A stretch of DNA of 64,000 bases, from NCBI GenBank assembly GCA_963709345.1, contig CAVPVX010000007.1, positions 512,001-576,000 of the forward strand, in the 5' to 3' direction. The position numbers and the translations under genes were made by a program. Position 1 is the first letter of the stretch. Each line of letters starts with the position of its first letter. This document shows positions 42,508 through 51,948 of the stretch, piece after piece. This stretch comes from an uncultured Actinomycetes bacterium (GTDB lineage Bacteria; Actinomycetota; Thermoleophilia; UBA2241). The notes under the pieces were generated by a model that was not told the DNA's origin, ran no database searches, and worked only from the letters and a program-made list of their open reading frames with translations.

Positions 42508-43336
42508 ATGGCATCGGTCTCCTCTGCTGAAGGCGCTGATCGTCGACGACGAAGCCCCCGCACGCTCCGAACTCCGCTTCCTTCTTGCGGAGGCGGGCGG
42601 CGTCGAGGTCGTCGGCGAGGCCGGCAGCGCGTCCGAAGCACTGCAACTGATCGCCGCCATCGAGTACGACGTCATCTTCCTCGACATCGAGATGCCCGGC
42701 CTCAGCGGATTGGATCTCGCCAAGACGCTACCCACCACCAAGCCATCGCCGGCCGTCATCTTCGTGACCGCCTACAGCGAACATGCGCTCGAGGCGTTCG
42801 AGGTGGCGGCCACCGACTACATCGTCAAGCCGGTGAGCCTTGCCCGCCTGCGTCTTGCGCTCGCCCGGATCGCCGCGGCCTGCAGCGGCGTCGAGGCGAT
42901 CGCGCCTGCCGGGGCGCCCGATGCCGCTCTGGGCGATCCCCGCCGTGCGGAGCCCGAGCCGAGCGGACCGGAAGCGCGGACGGCCACGGAGGGCGCCGTC
43001 CGCATCGAGCGCGTCGCCGTGGGGAAAGGCAGCCGCACCCTGCTCATCGCCGCCGAGGACATCCTCTACGTAGAAGCGGAGGACGACTACTCGCGCGTCT
43101 ACACCACCGATGGCCGCTACCTCTCGGGCGTGCCGCTGACCATACTCGAGACACGCCTTGAGCCCCTCGGCTTCTTCCGCGTGCATCGCAGCTACCTTGT
43201 CGACCTCGCGCGCGTGCGCGAGGTCCTGCCGATGTACGGCGGAACGCTGACGCTTCTGCTGAGTGACGACGCGGGAACCCAGATACCCGTATCGCGTCGT
43301 CGCGCGGCGGCCGTCAAGCTCGCCCTCGGAATCTGA
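42508..43336 (+). CDS. LytTR-family response regulator (1-nt frameshift just after the start)
   Basis: ATG after GAGGAGG is out of frame with LKALIVDDE..IFLDIEMP..FVTAY..KP and FFRVHRSYLV..IPVSRR. Confidence 0.88.
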
Positions 43337-43345
43337 GTTCCACGG

Positions 43346-43409
43346 GCTGCGGCGAGCGGCCGACGGCCGCTCCGCTGCGGCAAGCGGCTGGCGCACGCCG
43401 GTAAGTGGC
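43346..43409 (+). promoter_or_regulatory. Direct repeats, candidate LytTR binding sites
   Basis: GCTGCGGCGAGCGGC (43346) and GCTGCGGCAAGCGGC (43374). GGCAAGCGGC (43379) and GGTAAGTGGC (43400) are 21 bp apart. Confidence 0.45.
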
Positions 43410-43590
43410 GGGTGCGGCGCGCGGGCCACGATCCCGCCGTCCGCCTTGTGTGGATCGCCGCCCACCAGCCGCCACTCCCCACTGGCCGAGTCGACCTCGC
43501 CCCCCCTCCCCGCCTTGGCTATGGTCCAGTGCACTCGTGATCTGGTCCAGCGACCGACTGAACCGCAGTCGGAGGAGAGGGGTGACAGGC

Positions 43591-44088
43591 ATGGTCAAGC
43601 TCGTTGTCACAGGCGCCGCGGAGGATGTGAACCTGGCCGATCTCGGAGAGATCCAGCACTCCGTACAGCGCATCCTGCTGGCGACGGACGGTTCCGAGCC
43701 GGCCGTGCGCGCCACGCAGTACGCAGTCATGCTCGCCAAGCTGTTCAGCGCGGGCATTACGGCGATCTACGTCGACACCGGCACGGAAGACATAGAGCTG
43801 CCCACCGAGACCATGGCGGACGACGTCTTCGAGGGCGTGCATCCCTCGGCAAAGGGGCTCGTCATCGCGCACATGCTCGCCCGGGCCAACGACGTGGACT
43901 GCACCGTCGAGATCGTGCGCGGCGGCATCGCGAAGCGCATCGTGCACACGGCCGAGGATCTCGGCGTCGGCCTCATCGTTCTCGGCGACACCGGCCGCAC
44001 CGGCCTCCGGCGTATCGCTCTGGGGTCGGTCGCGGAGGCCGTCGTCAAGGGGTCGTCGATCCCCGTACTTGTCGTCAAGGGCGAATGA
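43591..44088 (+). CDS. Universal stress protein
   Basis: ILLATDGS, LIVLGDTGRTGL..LGSVAEAVV..PVLVVK. Confidence 0.92.
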   Translation: MVKLVVTGAAEDVNLADLGEIQHSVQRILLATDGSEPAVRATQYAVMLAKLFSAGITAIYVDTGTEDIELPTETMADDVFEGVHPSAKGLVIAHMLARANDVDCTVEIVRGGIAKRIVHTAEDLGVGLIVLGDTGRTGLRRIALGSVAEAVVKGSSIPVLVVKGE

Positions 44089-44102
44089 GGGAGGAGGCGA
44101 GA

Positions 44103-44528
44103 ATGGAACCCAAAGTGGAAAGCCAAGGGGCAGTCATGGCGGGAGATGCTCCCAGCGATCCGTCACAGCACACCAGACACGGCGACCACGTCGACACGGT
44201 CGAGAGTGTCGACCGGGTCTTCCTGCGGCAGCGTCGCCTGAGCTTCTCATTCGGCGCGGTGTTCTTCGCAGTCACACTGCTGATCCCCGCGTTCACCGTC
44301 TGGTGGCCGTGGTGGTGGTCAGTCAAGATCTGGGGCGGATTCACAGCGAACTACCTCTTCGTGTCCCTCCTCTACTTCGTCTTCCTCTGGGTGATGGCGT
44401 GGACCTACGCAGCACGTGCGGACAAGCTCGACAGCGAACTCGGCTGGATGAACGCGGAAGAGATGCAGGAGCTCGAGATCGAGCAAATCAGGGCGACTGC
44501 TGCGGAGCTTGAAGGGGAGACCACATGA
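44103..44528 (+). CDS. DUF485 two-TM protein (ActP partner)
   Basis: Two TM helices and WTYAARADKLD. ATGA overlap with the symporter. Confidence 0.8.
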   Translation: MEPKVESQGAVMAGDAPSDPSQHTRHGDHVDTVESVDRVFLRQRRLSFSFGAVFFAVTLLIPAFTVWWPWWWSVKIWGGFTANYLFVSLLYFVFLWVMAWTYAARADKLDSELGWMNAEEMQELEIEQIRATAAELEGETT

Positions 44529-46393
44529 ACACCACTGCAATCGTCCTGGTCGCCGCCCTGGTGATCGTCACCATCAGCTTGTCGATCTTCTCGCAGCGGT
44601 TCACCCGCACGACCAGCGATTTCTATCTTGCCGGCCGCAAGGTGGGGTCGTTCACCAACGCGTCGGCCATCTCGGGCGACTATCTGTCGGCCGCCTCGTT
44701 CCTGGGAGTGGCCGCCGCAGTCTATGCGTCCGGTCTCGACGGCGTGTGGTACGCGGCCGGCTTCGCCGGCGGCTTCATGGTCGTCGTCCTGTTCATCGCG
44801 AGCGCCTTGCGGCGTTTCGGCGAATACACCGTGGCGGACTTCTCCTTTGGCCGCTTCAGGTCCAACCGCATCAGGCTGATCACGGTACTGGCCGTCCTCA
44901 TGGTGTCGCTCTTCTACATGGCGCCACAGATGTACGGCGCCGGCGCGACCTGGAAGATCCTCGTCGGCAAGGGTTTCTTCCCCGCCAACGAAGCCGGGCT
45001 CTTCCTCGGCGTCGACCCCGCCTACCTCTCAGGCGTCACGGTCGTCGCCGTGATCATGATGTTCTACGTGGCCGTGGGTGGCATGAAGGGCACTACGCTG
45101 AACCAGGTGATCCAGTTCTGGTGGCTGTGGCTCGCCATGTTCATTCTCGTCGCCTTCGCCGTCGGCGGTGGGTTCAACTACGCGTCCAACCTGCGCACGG
45201 CCAGCGACGGTCGACTCGTCGAGGTCAAGACGCTGACGATCGAGCAGGCGACGACACCGAACCCGGCGACGGGGAAGACGCCGCTCGAGATGGCCGAGTC
45301 ATCCATGAAGCCGGAGTCGTTTGCGGCCGTCCAGGCGACCATCGATTCCGGAGACACCGCGGCCACGGTCAGCCTCCTCATCCCGGCCGCCAACAAGCTG
45401 CACGAGACGAAGCAGGTGTTCAATCAGCCCGGTCACCGCTACAACGCCTTCGACCAGTTCTCCATGGTGCTGGCGCTGGTGCTCGGGACCGCCGGTCTGC
45501 CGCACATCCTCAATCGCTACTACACCAACCCGTCGGGTAGGGCAGCGCGCCGCTCGACGTTCTGGGTGCTCATCCTCATCGGCACCTTCTACATCATGGC
45601 ACCGATCATCGGTCTCTTCGGTCGCCTCGAGATCTTCACGAGGTACTTCGAGGGCACCGCGCCGACGAACGCCGCATATGTGGACGGCTACCTGGCCAAG
45701 TCAGATGCCCTGATGCCGACGCTGGCGCAGATCCTCGGCGGCCAAGGACTGCTCGGCATCGTGGCTGCAGGCGCCTTCGCCGCGATGTTCTCCACCATCG
45801 GCGGTCTGCTCATCGCTTCCGCTTCGGCCGTCGGCCACGATGTGTACGAGAAATACATCAACCCCAATGCATCACAGCGACGCCGTGTGTGGGTCGGTAA
45901 GATCTCGGTCATCTGCTTCTCGCTTCTGGCGTGGTTCCTGGGCTGGTGGATCGCCTACGCCGGCCTTGCGAACGTGTACCCGGCTCTCATCGCCATGATG
46001 GTCACGTGGGCCTTCGCCATCGGCGCGTCGACCTTCGTCCCCATGCTGCTCACGGGCATCTGGTGGAAGGGCACGACCGAGCGCGGCGCCCTCACGGGCA
46101 TGATCATAGGCCTTCTCGGCTCGGTCGGGATCATCGTCCTCAACGTCTTGCAGCAGACTGAAGTGATCGGGAAGACAGGCGTGGTGGGGTTCTTCGGCGC
46201 TCTCACCTTCCCGGTGCTGGTCACGTTCCCGTTGGCGCTCATCGCCACCATCGTCGTGAGCAAGATCGACGGGAAGGTGCCGGACAACATCGACTCGATC
46301 TGGATGCGCATCCACGGCACGGCATCCGAACGCCATGAGAAGCAGCTCGGCCTCGACAAGGTCGGCAGCCTGTTGGGCACGAAGAAGTCGTGA
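44525..46393 (+). CDS. actP: Cation/acetate (monocarboxylate) symporter, SSS family
   Basis: DFYLAGR, NASAISGDYLSAASFLG, GGMKGTT, GTAGLPHIL, AFAAMFST. Confidence 0.88.
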   Translation: MNTTAIVLVAALVIVTISLSIFSQRFTRTTSDFYLAGRKVGSFTNASAISGDYLSAASFLGVAAAVYASGLDGVWYAAGFAGGFMVVVLFIASALRRFGEYTVADFSFGRFRSNRIRLITVLAVLMVSLFYMAPQMYGAGATWKILVGKGFFPANEAGLFLGVDPAYLSGVTVVAVIMMFYVAVGGMKGTTLNQVIQFWWLWLAMFILVAFAVGGGFNYASNLRTASDGRLVEVKTLTIEQATTPNPATGKTPLEMAESSMKPESFAAVQATIDSGDTAATVSLLIPAANKLHETKQVFNQPGHRYNAFDQFSMVLALVLGTAGLPHILNRYYTNPSGRAARRSTFWVLILIGTFYIMAPIIGLFGRLEIFTRYFEGTAPTNAAYVDGYLAKSDALMPTLAQILGGQGLLGIVAAGAFAAMFSTIGGLLIASASAVGHDVYEKYINPNASQRRRVWVGKISVICFSLLAWFLGWWIAYAGLANVYPALIAMMVTWAFAIGASTFVPMLLTGIWWKGTTERGALTGMIIGLLGSVGIIVLNVLQQTEVIGKTGVVGFFGALTFPVLVTFPLALIATIVVSKIDGKVPDNIDSIWMRIHGTASERHEKQLGLDKVGSLLGTKKS

Positions 46394-46396
46394 CTA

Positions 46397-46823
46397 CTGA
46401 CATGTAGAGTCGTCTGTCAAGTGCCCCAAGACCACGAGCCCCTGCCAAGGGGCTCGTGGTCTTTCCTCGGCCGAAGCTCGGGTGAGCGCGCACGACCTGT
46501 GGCGACGTGCGGTCAACGCTGATACGTGCGTGTTCGGGTATTCGCATGACCGTGTGCGTCGGGAGCCGGCCGCTGGTCTGAGATCGGGCGTCGCCCACCG
46601 GGGCGGCCCAAAGCGCAGTCGCGGATGCTCCGCGCGCCGAGCGTGCGCGCTCGCTCGAGTGCGCCGGGTCTGTCGTGCCAGGCTTTCCGACCTCCATGAC
46701 GGCCGGGCTCCAGCACCAGCCGGCGAGCTCGCAGGCCACGGCCACGGCGCTCACCGTGGGACGCTTGCCGCGGCCATCGAGCGCCGCCCAGGGACGGTGC
46801 AGGTGCCGGCTCGCCCGTGGCAC
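46397..46823 (-). mobile_element. IS110-family (IS1111-type) remnant: transposase C-terminal fragment plus ~290-nt right non-coding end
   Basis: RHLHRPWAALDGRGKRPTVSAVAVACELAGWCWS resembles the IS110 C-terminus (GK...VAVARELAGWCW). The structured downstream region ends CACTTGACA-N-CATGTCAG. Confidence 0.7.
46428..46466. terminator. Strong hairpin (bidirectional terminator) after actP, inside the IS end
   Basis: AAGACCACGAGCCCC-TGCCAA-GGGGCTCGTGGTCTT, a 15-bp perfect stem. Confidence 0.75.
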
Positions 46824-46887
46824 AGGACGGATGCAGGTGCGCCATCCCGGCGGGGCGGGGGCGCCGGGCGCGGCCTTGCCGCGACGG

Positions 46888-47697
46888 TCAGCGCTTGCGG
46901 CGTTTGCGCCCGCCGCGCGGTGCGGAGGCGCGCTTCTCGGCCGGCCGGGGCTCCACGGTGATGCCGACCGCGACCGCCGCCTTGATGCGCGCCACGCGGA
47001 GCCGCTCGAGCACGGCGAGGGCGAGGTCGATCGCCGTCTTGGCGACGAGGATCACAGCGAGCCCGGCGACCGCCGAGCCGAAGAACCAGTAGACGAGGAG
47101 ACCGCCGACGAGCACGCCGAACTGCAGGACGAAGAGCCGGCGCAACGGCTCGGACACGGTGGCCGCCGGCGGCACCACGGCCGCCTCGCGGCCGCGCACG
47201 AAGTCGAGGTAGTAGACGGCGGCGCGCGCCAGGATGAGGCCGGCGGCGACCGCCCAGAATTGCCAGGTCGCGAAGGGGCCGCCGGGGTCGGCCGGCGCCT
47301 CGCCCCCCGGCTTGAGCAGGCGGCCGCTGAAGACCATGTACGCGATGAGGACCATCGCCGCCATCACGACGAGGTAGGTGCGCAGGAACTCGCGCACGAG
47401 CACCTGGTCGCGCTGGTCGGCGGCCGCCCCGGCAGCCCATGAGGCTCGTGCCCGCAGCCAGGCGAAGACACCGTCGGCGAGCCCGTCGATGACGCAGATG
47501 ACGACGACGGCCAGGACCGTCCAGGCACCGGTGACCGCGGCCCACACCGCGGCGACATCGGCCGCGACGATGAGCGCGAAGCCGGGCAGCGCCCGGGCGA
47601 GCGTCGAGGCGCTGCGCACCGGCGCCTCCGGCGCAGCGCCGTCCGCGCTCGCCGGGAGCCCGGATGCCGCTTCGTTCCCGGTCGAGCGATCGGTCAT
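46888..47697 (-). CDS. DUF6498-like integral membrane protein
   Basis: About six TM helices, EPLRRLFVLQFGVLVGG, ILVAKTAIDL. Confidence 0.6.
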   Translation of the reverse strand: MTDRSTGNEAASGLPASADGAAPEAPVRSASTLARALPGFALIVAADVAAVWAAVTGAWTVLAVVVICVIDGLADGVFAWLRARASWAAGAAADQRDQVLVREFLRTYLVVMAAMVLIAYMVFSGRLLKPGGEAPADPGGPFATWQFWAVAAGLILARAAVYYLDFVRGREAAVVPPAATVSEPLRRLFVLQFGVLVGGLLVYWFFGSAVAGLAVILVAKTAIDLALAVLERLRVARIKAAVAVGITVEPRPAEKRASAPRGGRKRRKR

Positions 47698-47919
47698 GCG
47701 TCTCCCCTGCAAAGACCGCGCCGGAGAAACCGGCGCGGGCTGCGCTCAGGGTATGCGGGCGCGGCGCGAAAGGCAACGCGGGCTCCCGCCCGTCCGTCCC
47801 CGCGCCCACCGGGACAACCGTCCTCGGACCGCCGCTCCAGCACGACGACTCCGCGACCGATACTATCTCCGCGTAGGCCGACGCGCAGAGGCGTGGCCGC
47901 AGGCGAGAGCGGAGGGCAG

Positions 47920-49428
47920 ATGGCGCAGTCCGAGAGCGGGCCCGACCCGAGACGGTGCACGCTCAGCGTGCCCAACGACCTCGCGTTCATCCCCATGGTC
48001 CAGGGATTCGTGAGCGCGTACGCGGCGGGGGCGGGCTTCGGCGCCGCCGACCGGGCACGCCTCGACCTCCTCATGGAAGAGGCGGCGACGAACGTCATCC
48101 AGGGGGCCTTCGCCGCCGACGAACGCGCCGGCTTCGACATCACCTGCGAGCGCGTGCCCGCCGGGATGCAGATCACCGTGCACGACGAGGGCATGCCGTA
48201 CGACCCGTCGCTGACGCCCGAGTACGACCCCGGCGCCGACCTCCACAGCCAGACCGGCGCCGGCCTGGGCAGCTTCCTGATGAAGCAGATCGCCGACACC
48301 GTCGCGTTCCACAACCTCGGCAGCCGCGGCAAGGAGACGGTGTTCATCAAGTACCTGGACAGCGAAGCGGTCACCGGCGCCCCGCCCGCGGAAGAGGCGC
48401 CGGTGGAGCCACCGGAGCCGGTGCCGGCGACCGAGCGCGCGCAGTTCGAGCTCGGCCCGCTGCGTCCCGAGCAGGCGATCGAAGTGTGCCGCTGCATCTA
48501 CGACGCCTACCGGTACACCTACGTGAACGAGCACCTCTACTACCCCGACCGCGTCGTCGCGCTCAACGAGAGCGGCGACATGGTCTCCGCGGTCGCCAGC
48601 ACCGGCGAGGGTGAGGTCGCGGGGCACGCCGCCCTCGTCTTCCCCGCGGACACCCACGAGGTCGCCGATCTCGCGGTCGTGGCCACCAAGGCGAAGTTCC
48701 GCGGCCAGTCCATCGCACGGCGTCTCGGCGAGTACCTCGACCAGGAGGCTCTCACGCGGGGGCTCCACGGCCTCTTCATAGAGGAAGTCACGGTGCACAC
48801 CTACACGCAGAAGTTCTGCCATCACCTGGGGTTCGCCGACTGCGGCTTCCTGCTCGCCTACTCCCCGGCGACGATGGCGTTCACGGGCATCGCCGCGGAA
48901 GCGGCCGCGCGCCGCTCCGTGATCCTGGGGTTCAAGTATCTCGACGCGCCGCCGGGCGGGACGGTGTACGCTCCGCAGCGCCACCGAGACATGATCGCCG
49001 GCATCTACGCGCGGCTCGGCGCGCCGGTGACCCTGGCCGGCGACACCGGCGCCGACCCCGACGGCCTCCCCATCCTGCACGTCAACGTGAACCCGAAGCG
49101 CTCGGTCGCGACCATCCGCATCCCCACGTACGGGCGCCACCTGAGGCAGCGCATCCGCGCCGAGCTGCTGCGGCTGCTGCGCGAGAACGTGAGCGTCGTC
49201 AACGTGTTCCTCGACCTAAGCACGGCCGGCACGGAGAAGGTGGCCGCCGATCTCGAGGACGCCGGCTTCATCTTCACCGGCGTCCTCCCCGGTGGCCGCT
49301 CCGGCGACTGGCTGATCATGCAGTACTTCAACGGGGTCGTCGTAGACTACGACGCGATCCAGGTCGAGGATGCCTTCACCCGCGACCTGCTCGGCTACAT
49401 CCGCGGCAACGACCCGCGCGAGGGGTGA
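47920..49428 (+). CDS. RsbW-like ATP-binding (HATPase_c_2) domain fused to GNAT acetyltransferase domain(s)
   Basis: EEAATNVI, DEGMPYDP, GAGLGSFLMKQIAD, then GNAT motif A VVATKAKFRGQSIA and a further C-terminal alpha/beta domain. Confidence 0.82.
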   Translation: MAQSESGPDPRRCTLSVPNDLAFIPMVQGFVSAYAAGAGFGAADRARLDLLMEEAATNVIQGAFAADERAGFDITCERVPAGMQITVHDEGMPYDPSLTPEYDPGADLHSQTGAGLGSFLMKQIADTVAFHNLGSRGKETVFIKYLDSEAVTGAPPAEEAPVEPPEPVPATERAQFELGPLRPEQAIEVCRCIYDAYRYTYVNEHLYYPDRVVALNESGDMVSAVASTGEGEVAGHAALVFPADTHEVADLAVVATKAKFRGQSIARRLGEYLDQEALTRGLHGLFIEEVTVHTYTQKFCHHLGFADCGFLLAYSPATMAFTGIAAEAAARRSVILGFKYLDAPPGGTVYAPQRHRDMIAGIYARLGAPVTLAGDTGADPDGLPILHVNVNPKRSVATIRIPTYGRHLRQRIRAELLRLLRENVSVVNVFLDLSTAGTEKVAADLEDAGFIFTGVLPGGRSGDWLIMQYFNGVVVDYDAIQVEDAFTRDLLGYIRGNDPREG

Positions 49429-49521
49429 GGCGGGCGAGGCCGGCCTGGCGCGGGCGGCAGGAAGGCGGAGGCCCGCGCCCCGCGCGCGCAGCCGCACACC
49501 CACGCCACACGGCCACGCGAG

Positions 49522-49851
49522 CTACGCGAGAAGCGCCAGCGCCTCCACGCGCCCGGGCGCGATCGCGAACAACTCCGAGAACCCCGAGATCGTGAAGACG
49601 TCTTCGACGAAGGGCTGCATGGCGCAGAGCACGATACGCCCTTCGTTCTTCTCGAGGAACTTGAGCACGGTCAGAAAGACACGCAGACCGGCGCTCGACA
49701 CATACTCGGTGCCGCCGAAGTCGGCTGCGATCCGGCGCGCGCCGGCGTCGAGCAACTCCTTGAACCCGGCCTCGATGTCGCTGGCGCTGGTAGTGTCGAT
49801 CCTCGCGGGGAGCGTCACCACCGTGACGTTCTCGACGACCTCTACGTCCAT
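49522..49851 (-). CDS. STAS anti-sigma-factor antagonist
   Basis: RIDT, EYVSSAGLR (phospho-Ser), VFTISGF. Confidence 0.92.
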   Translation of the reverse strand: MDVEVVENVTVVTLPARIDTTSASDIEAGFKELLDAGARRIAADFGGTEYVSSAGLRVFLTVLKFLEKNEGRIVLCAMQPFVEDVFTISGFSELFAIAPGRVEALALLA

Positions 49852-49965
49852 TCGTCCTCCCATCGCTGCGTGCCCGCCTCCACCGTCTCGGCAGCGGCGC
49901 CCACTCGGTCGTCTATCTTCCCTGAGGGCTGCGAGGGCGGCAAGCGTGTCGCATCCGCGCCCCCA

Positions 49966-51948
49966 TCAATCCGTGCCGCCATCCCCGACCGGCGGCCGCG
50001 TCTTGCCCTCGCCCCGACCCGCTCGTGGGCCCAGGTACCGGAACGCGACCATGGTGATGTCGTCGGACTGCTCGACGCCCTCCGCGTAGCGGGTGAGATC
50101 CGCGAGGAGCCCCGTCAGCATGTCGCCACAGGAGCGGTCGCGCAGCCGGCCCAGCGTCTCGCCGAGACGGTCTTCGCCGTAGACCTGATCGACGGCGTCC
50201 ATGGCCTCGCTGACCCCGTCGGTGTAGAGGAACAGCGTGTCGCCCGGCACCATGTCGAGCGTTCCCTCAGCGTAGACGAGATCCGCCTTCGCGCCAAGGG
50301 CGACGCCCCTCACGCGAGGCAGCTGACAGGCCGCACCGCCGCCCGCGGCCACAACGAACGGGCGGTTGTGCCCGGCGCTGGCGTAGGTCATCGCGCCGAT
50401 CCGCAGATCGACCACTGCGAGGAACATGGTGACGAACATGCACTCGTCGTTGTCGGCCGCAAGCTCGTCGTTCACCTTCGCGAGCGTCTCCCCGGGCCCG
50501 TCGCCCTCTCGCGCGAGCGAACGCAGGAACGAGCGCGTGACCGCCATGAGCAGCGCCGCCGGCACGCCCTTGCCGGAGACGTCGGCGATCGCCAGACAGA
50601 GGTGGTCGTCGTCGAGCAGGAAGAAGTCGTAGAAGTCGCCGCCGACTTCGCGCGCCGGGTCGAGCAGCGCGTACAGCTCCAGGTCGTCGCGCTCCGGATA
50701 CGGCGGGAACGTCCGTGGCACGAGGCTCGTCTGGATGGACGCGGCGATGCGCAGCTCGCTCTCGATGCGTTCGCGCGCCGCGGTCGTCAAGCGCAGCTGC
50801 TCGATGTGCGCCTGCAGGTCGTCGCGCATGTGCGCGAACGAGGCCGTGAGTTGGGCGACCTCGTTGCGCCCCTTCGCCTGCGGCAGGGGGGCGTCCAGGT
50901 CGCCCTGGGCGAGCGTGCGCGTCGCCGCATCCAGACTGTGCAGCGGCCGAGTGATCGACTTGGCGACGAGCAGGGCGATGATCAGCAGCGCCGCGATGCC
51001 GGTGAGCGAGATGCCCCACTGGATGCGGCTCAACGCGATCACGTCGCCCTCGATCTCACTGTCGGCGTAGACGATGCCCAGCGACCAGCCGGTCGAAGGG
51101 ATGGGCATGTAGGCCAGATACGATGGCTCCCCGGGCGTGATAGCTCCCAGCCCGGCGAAATCGGCGGAGCCGCTGCCGCCGTCCACCATCCGCCGACCGA
51201 TGCCCCGCAGCACCGGGTCGTCCCGCTCCTCGGCGACGCTGAAGACCGACTCGTTCATGATGAACTCGCGGCGTGGATGGGCGATGAAGGTGCCGTTCCT
51301 GCTGACGAGGAAGGCGTAGCCGGTCTCGCCGAGGTCGAGACCCTCCAGCAACGCCGTGAGCCACGTCAGCGAGACGTCGCCGGTGACCACCGCCGAGACG
51401 GGCTCCGGATCGCCCTCCAGGCGTACCGGGATCGCGTACGTCGCCATCACCATGTCGGCGCCGCCCTCGTCGTAGTACGGCTCCGTCCAAACGGCCTCGT
51501 CCATCTGGTACGGCAACTGGAACCAGTCGCCGGCTTCGAAAGCGCGGCCGCCGGCGGCCAGGTCCTTCACGACCACGCTGCCGTCGCGCTTGAAGGCGTA
51601 GGGCGCGAACCGCGCCGAAGCGGTCGGCCGGTACCCGATCGCCGAGCCGGTCAGCTCGTCGTTCCCGGCCACGGCGCGACGCAGCAGCGCCTCGGCGCGC
51701 CCGGCTCCGGGGTCGAGATCGTCGACCGACAGGGCGAGGCCCTGGATGATCTTCTCGACGTTGCTCTCGACCGTCTCGATACGGTTGGCGGTGGCCTTGA
51801 GCGTCTGCCGGATCTCGGCCTGCTGGCGCTTCTCCAGGAGGTCGCGCGCCGACAGGTACGTGTACAGGCTGACCGCGGCGAGTACGAGTCCGGCGCCGAG
51901 CACCACGAGCACCGTGATGCGCCAGGCGATGCTCAGATCACGGAGCAC
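49966..51948 (-). CDS. dCache-HAMP-SpoIIE (RsbU-like PP2C) membrane phosphatase
   Basis: TM, Cache (WTEPYYD), TM, HAMP, EVGGDFYD, IADVSGKG, SAGH, YTDGVSE, DDITM. GTG 51948 follows GGAGG. Confidence 0.92.
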   Translation of the reverse strand: MLRDLSIAWRITVLVVLGAGLVLAAVSLYTYLSARDLLEKRQQAEIRQTLKATANRIETVESNVEKIIQGLALSVDDLDPGAGRAEALLRRAVAGNDELTGSAIGYRPTASARFAPYAFKRDGSVVVKDLAAGGRAFEAGDWFQLPYQMDEAVWTEPYYDEGGADMVMATYAIPVRLEGDPEPVSAVVTGDVSLTWLTALLEGLDLGETGYAFLVSRNGTFIAHPRREFIMNESVFSVAEERDDPVLRGIGRRMVDGGSGSADFAGLGAITPGEPSYLAYMPIPSTGWSLGIVYADSEIEGDVIALSRIQWGISLTGIAALLIIALLVAKSITRPLHSLDAATRTLAQGDLDAPLPQAKGRNEVAQLTASFAHMRDDLQAHIEQLRLTTAARERIESELRIAASIQTSLVPRTFPPYPERDDLELYALLDPAREVGGDFYDFFLLDDDHLCLAIADVSGKGVPAALLMAVTRSFLRSLAREGDGPGETLAKVNDELAADNDECMFVTMFLAVVDLRIGAMTYASAGHNRPFVVAAGGGAACQLPRVRGVALGAKADLVYAEGTLDMVPGDTLFLYTDGVSEAMDAVDQVYGEDRLGETLGRLRDRSCGDMLTGLLADLTRYAEGVEQSDDITMVAFRYLGPRAGRGEGKTRPPVGDGGTD

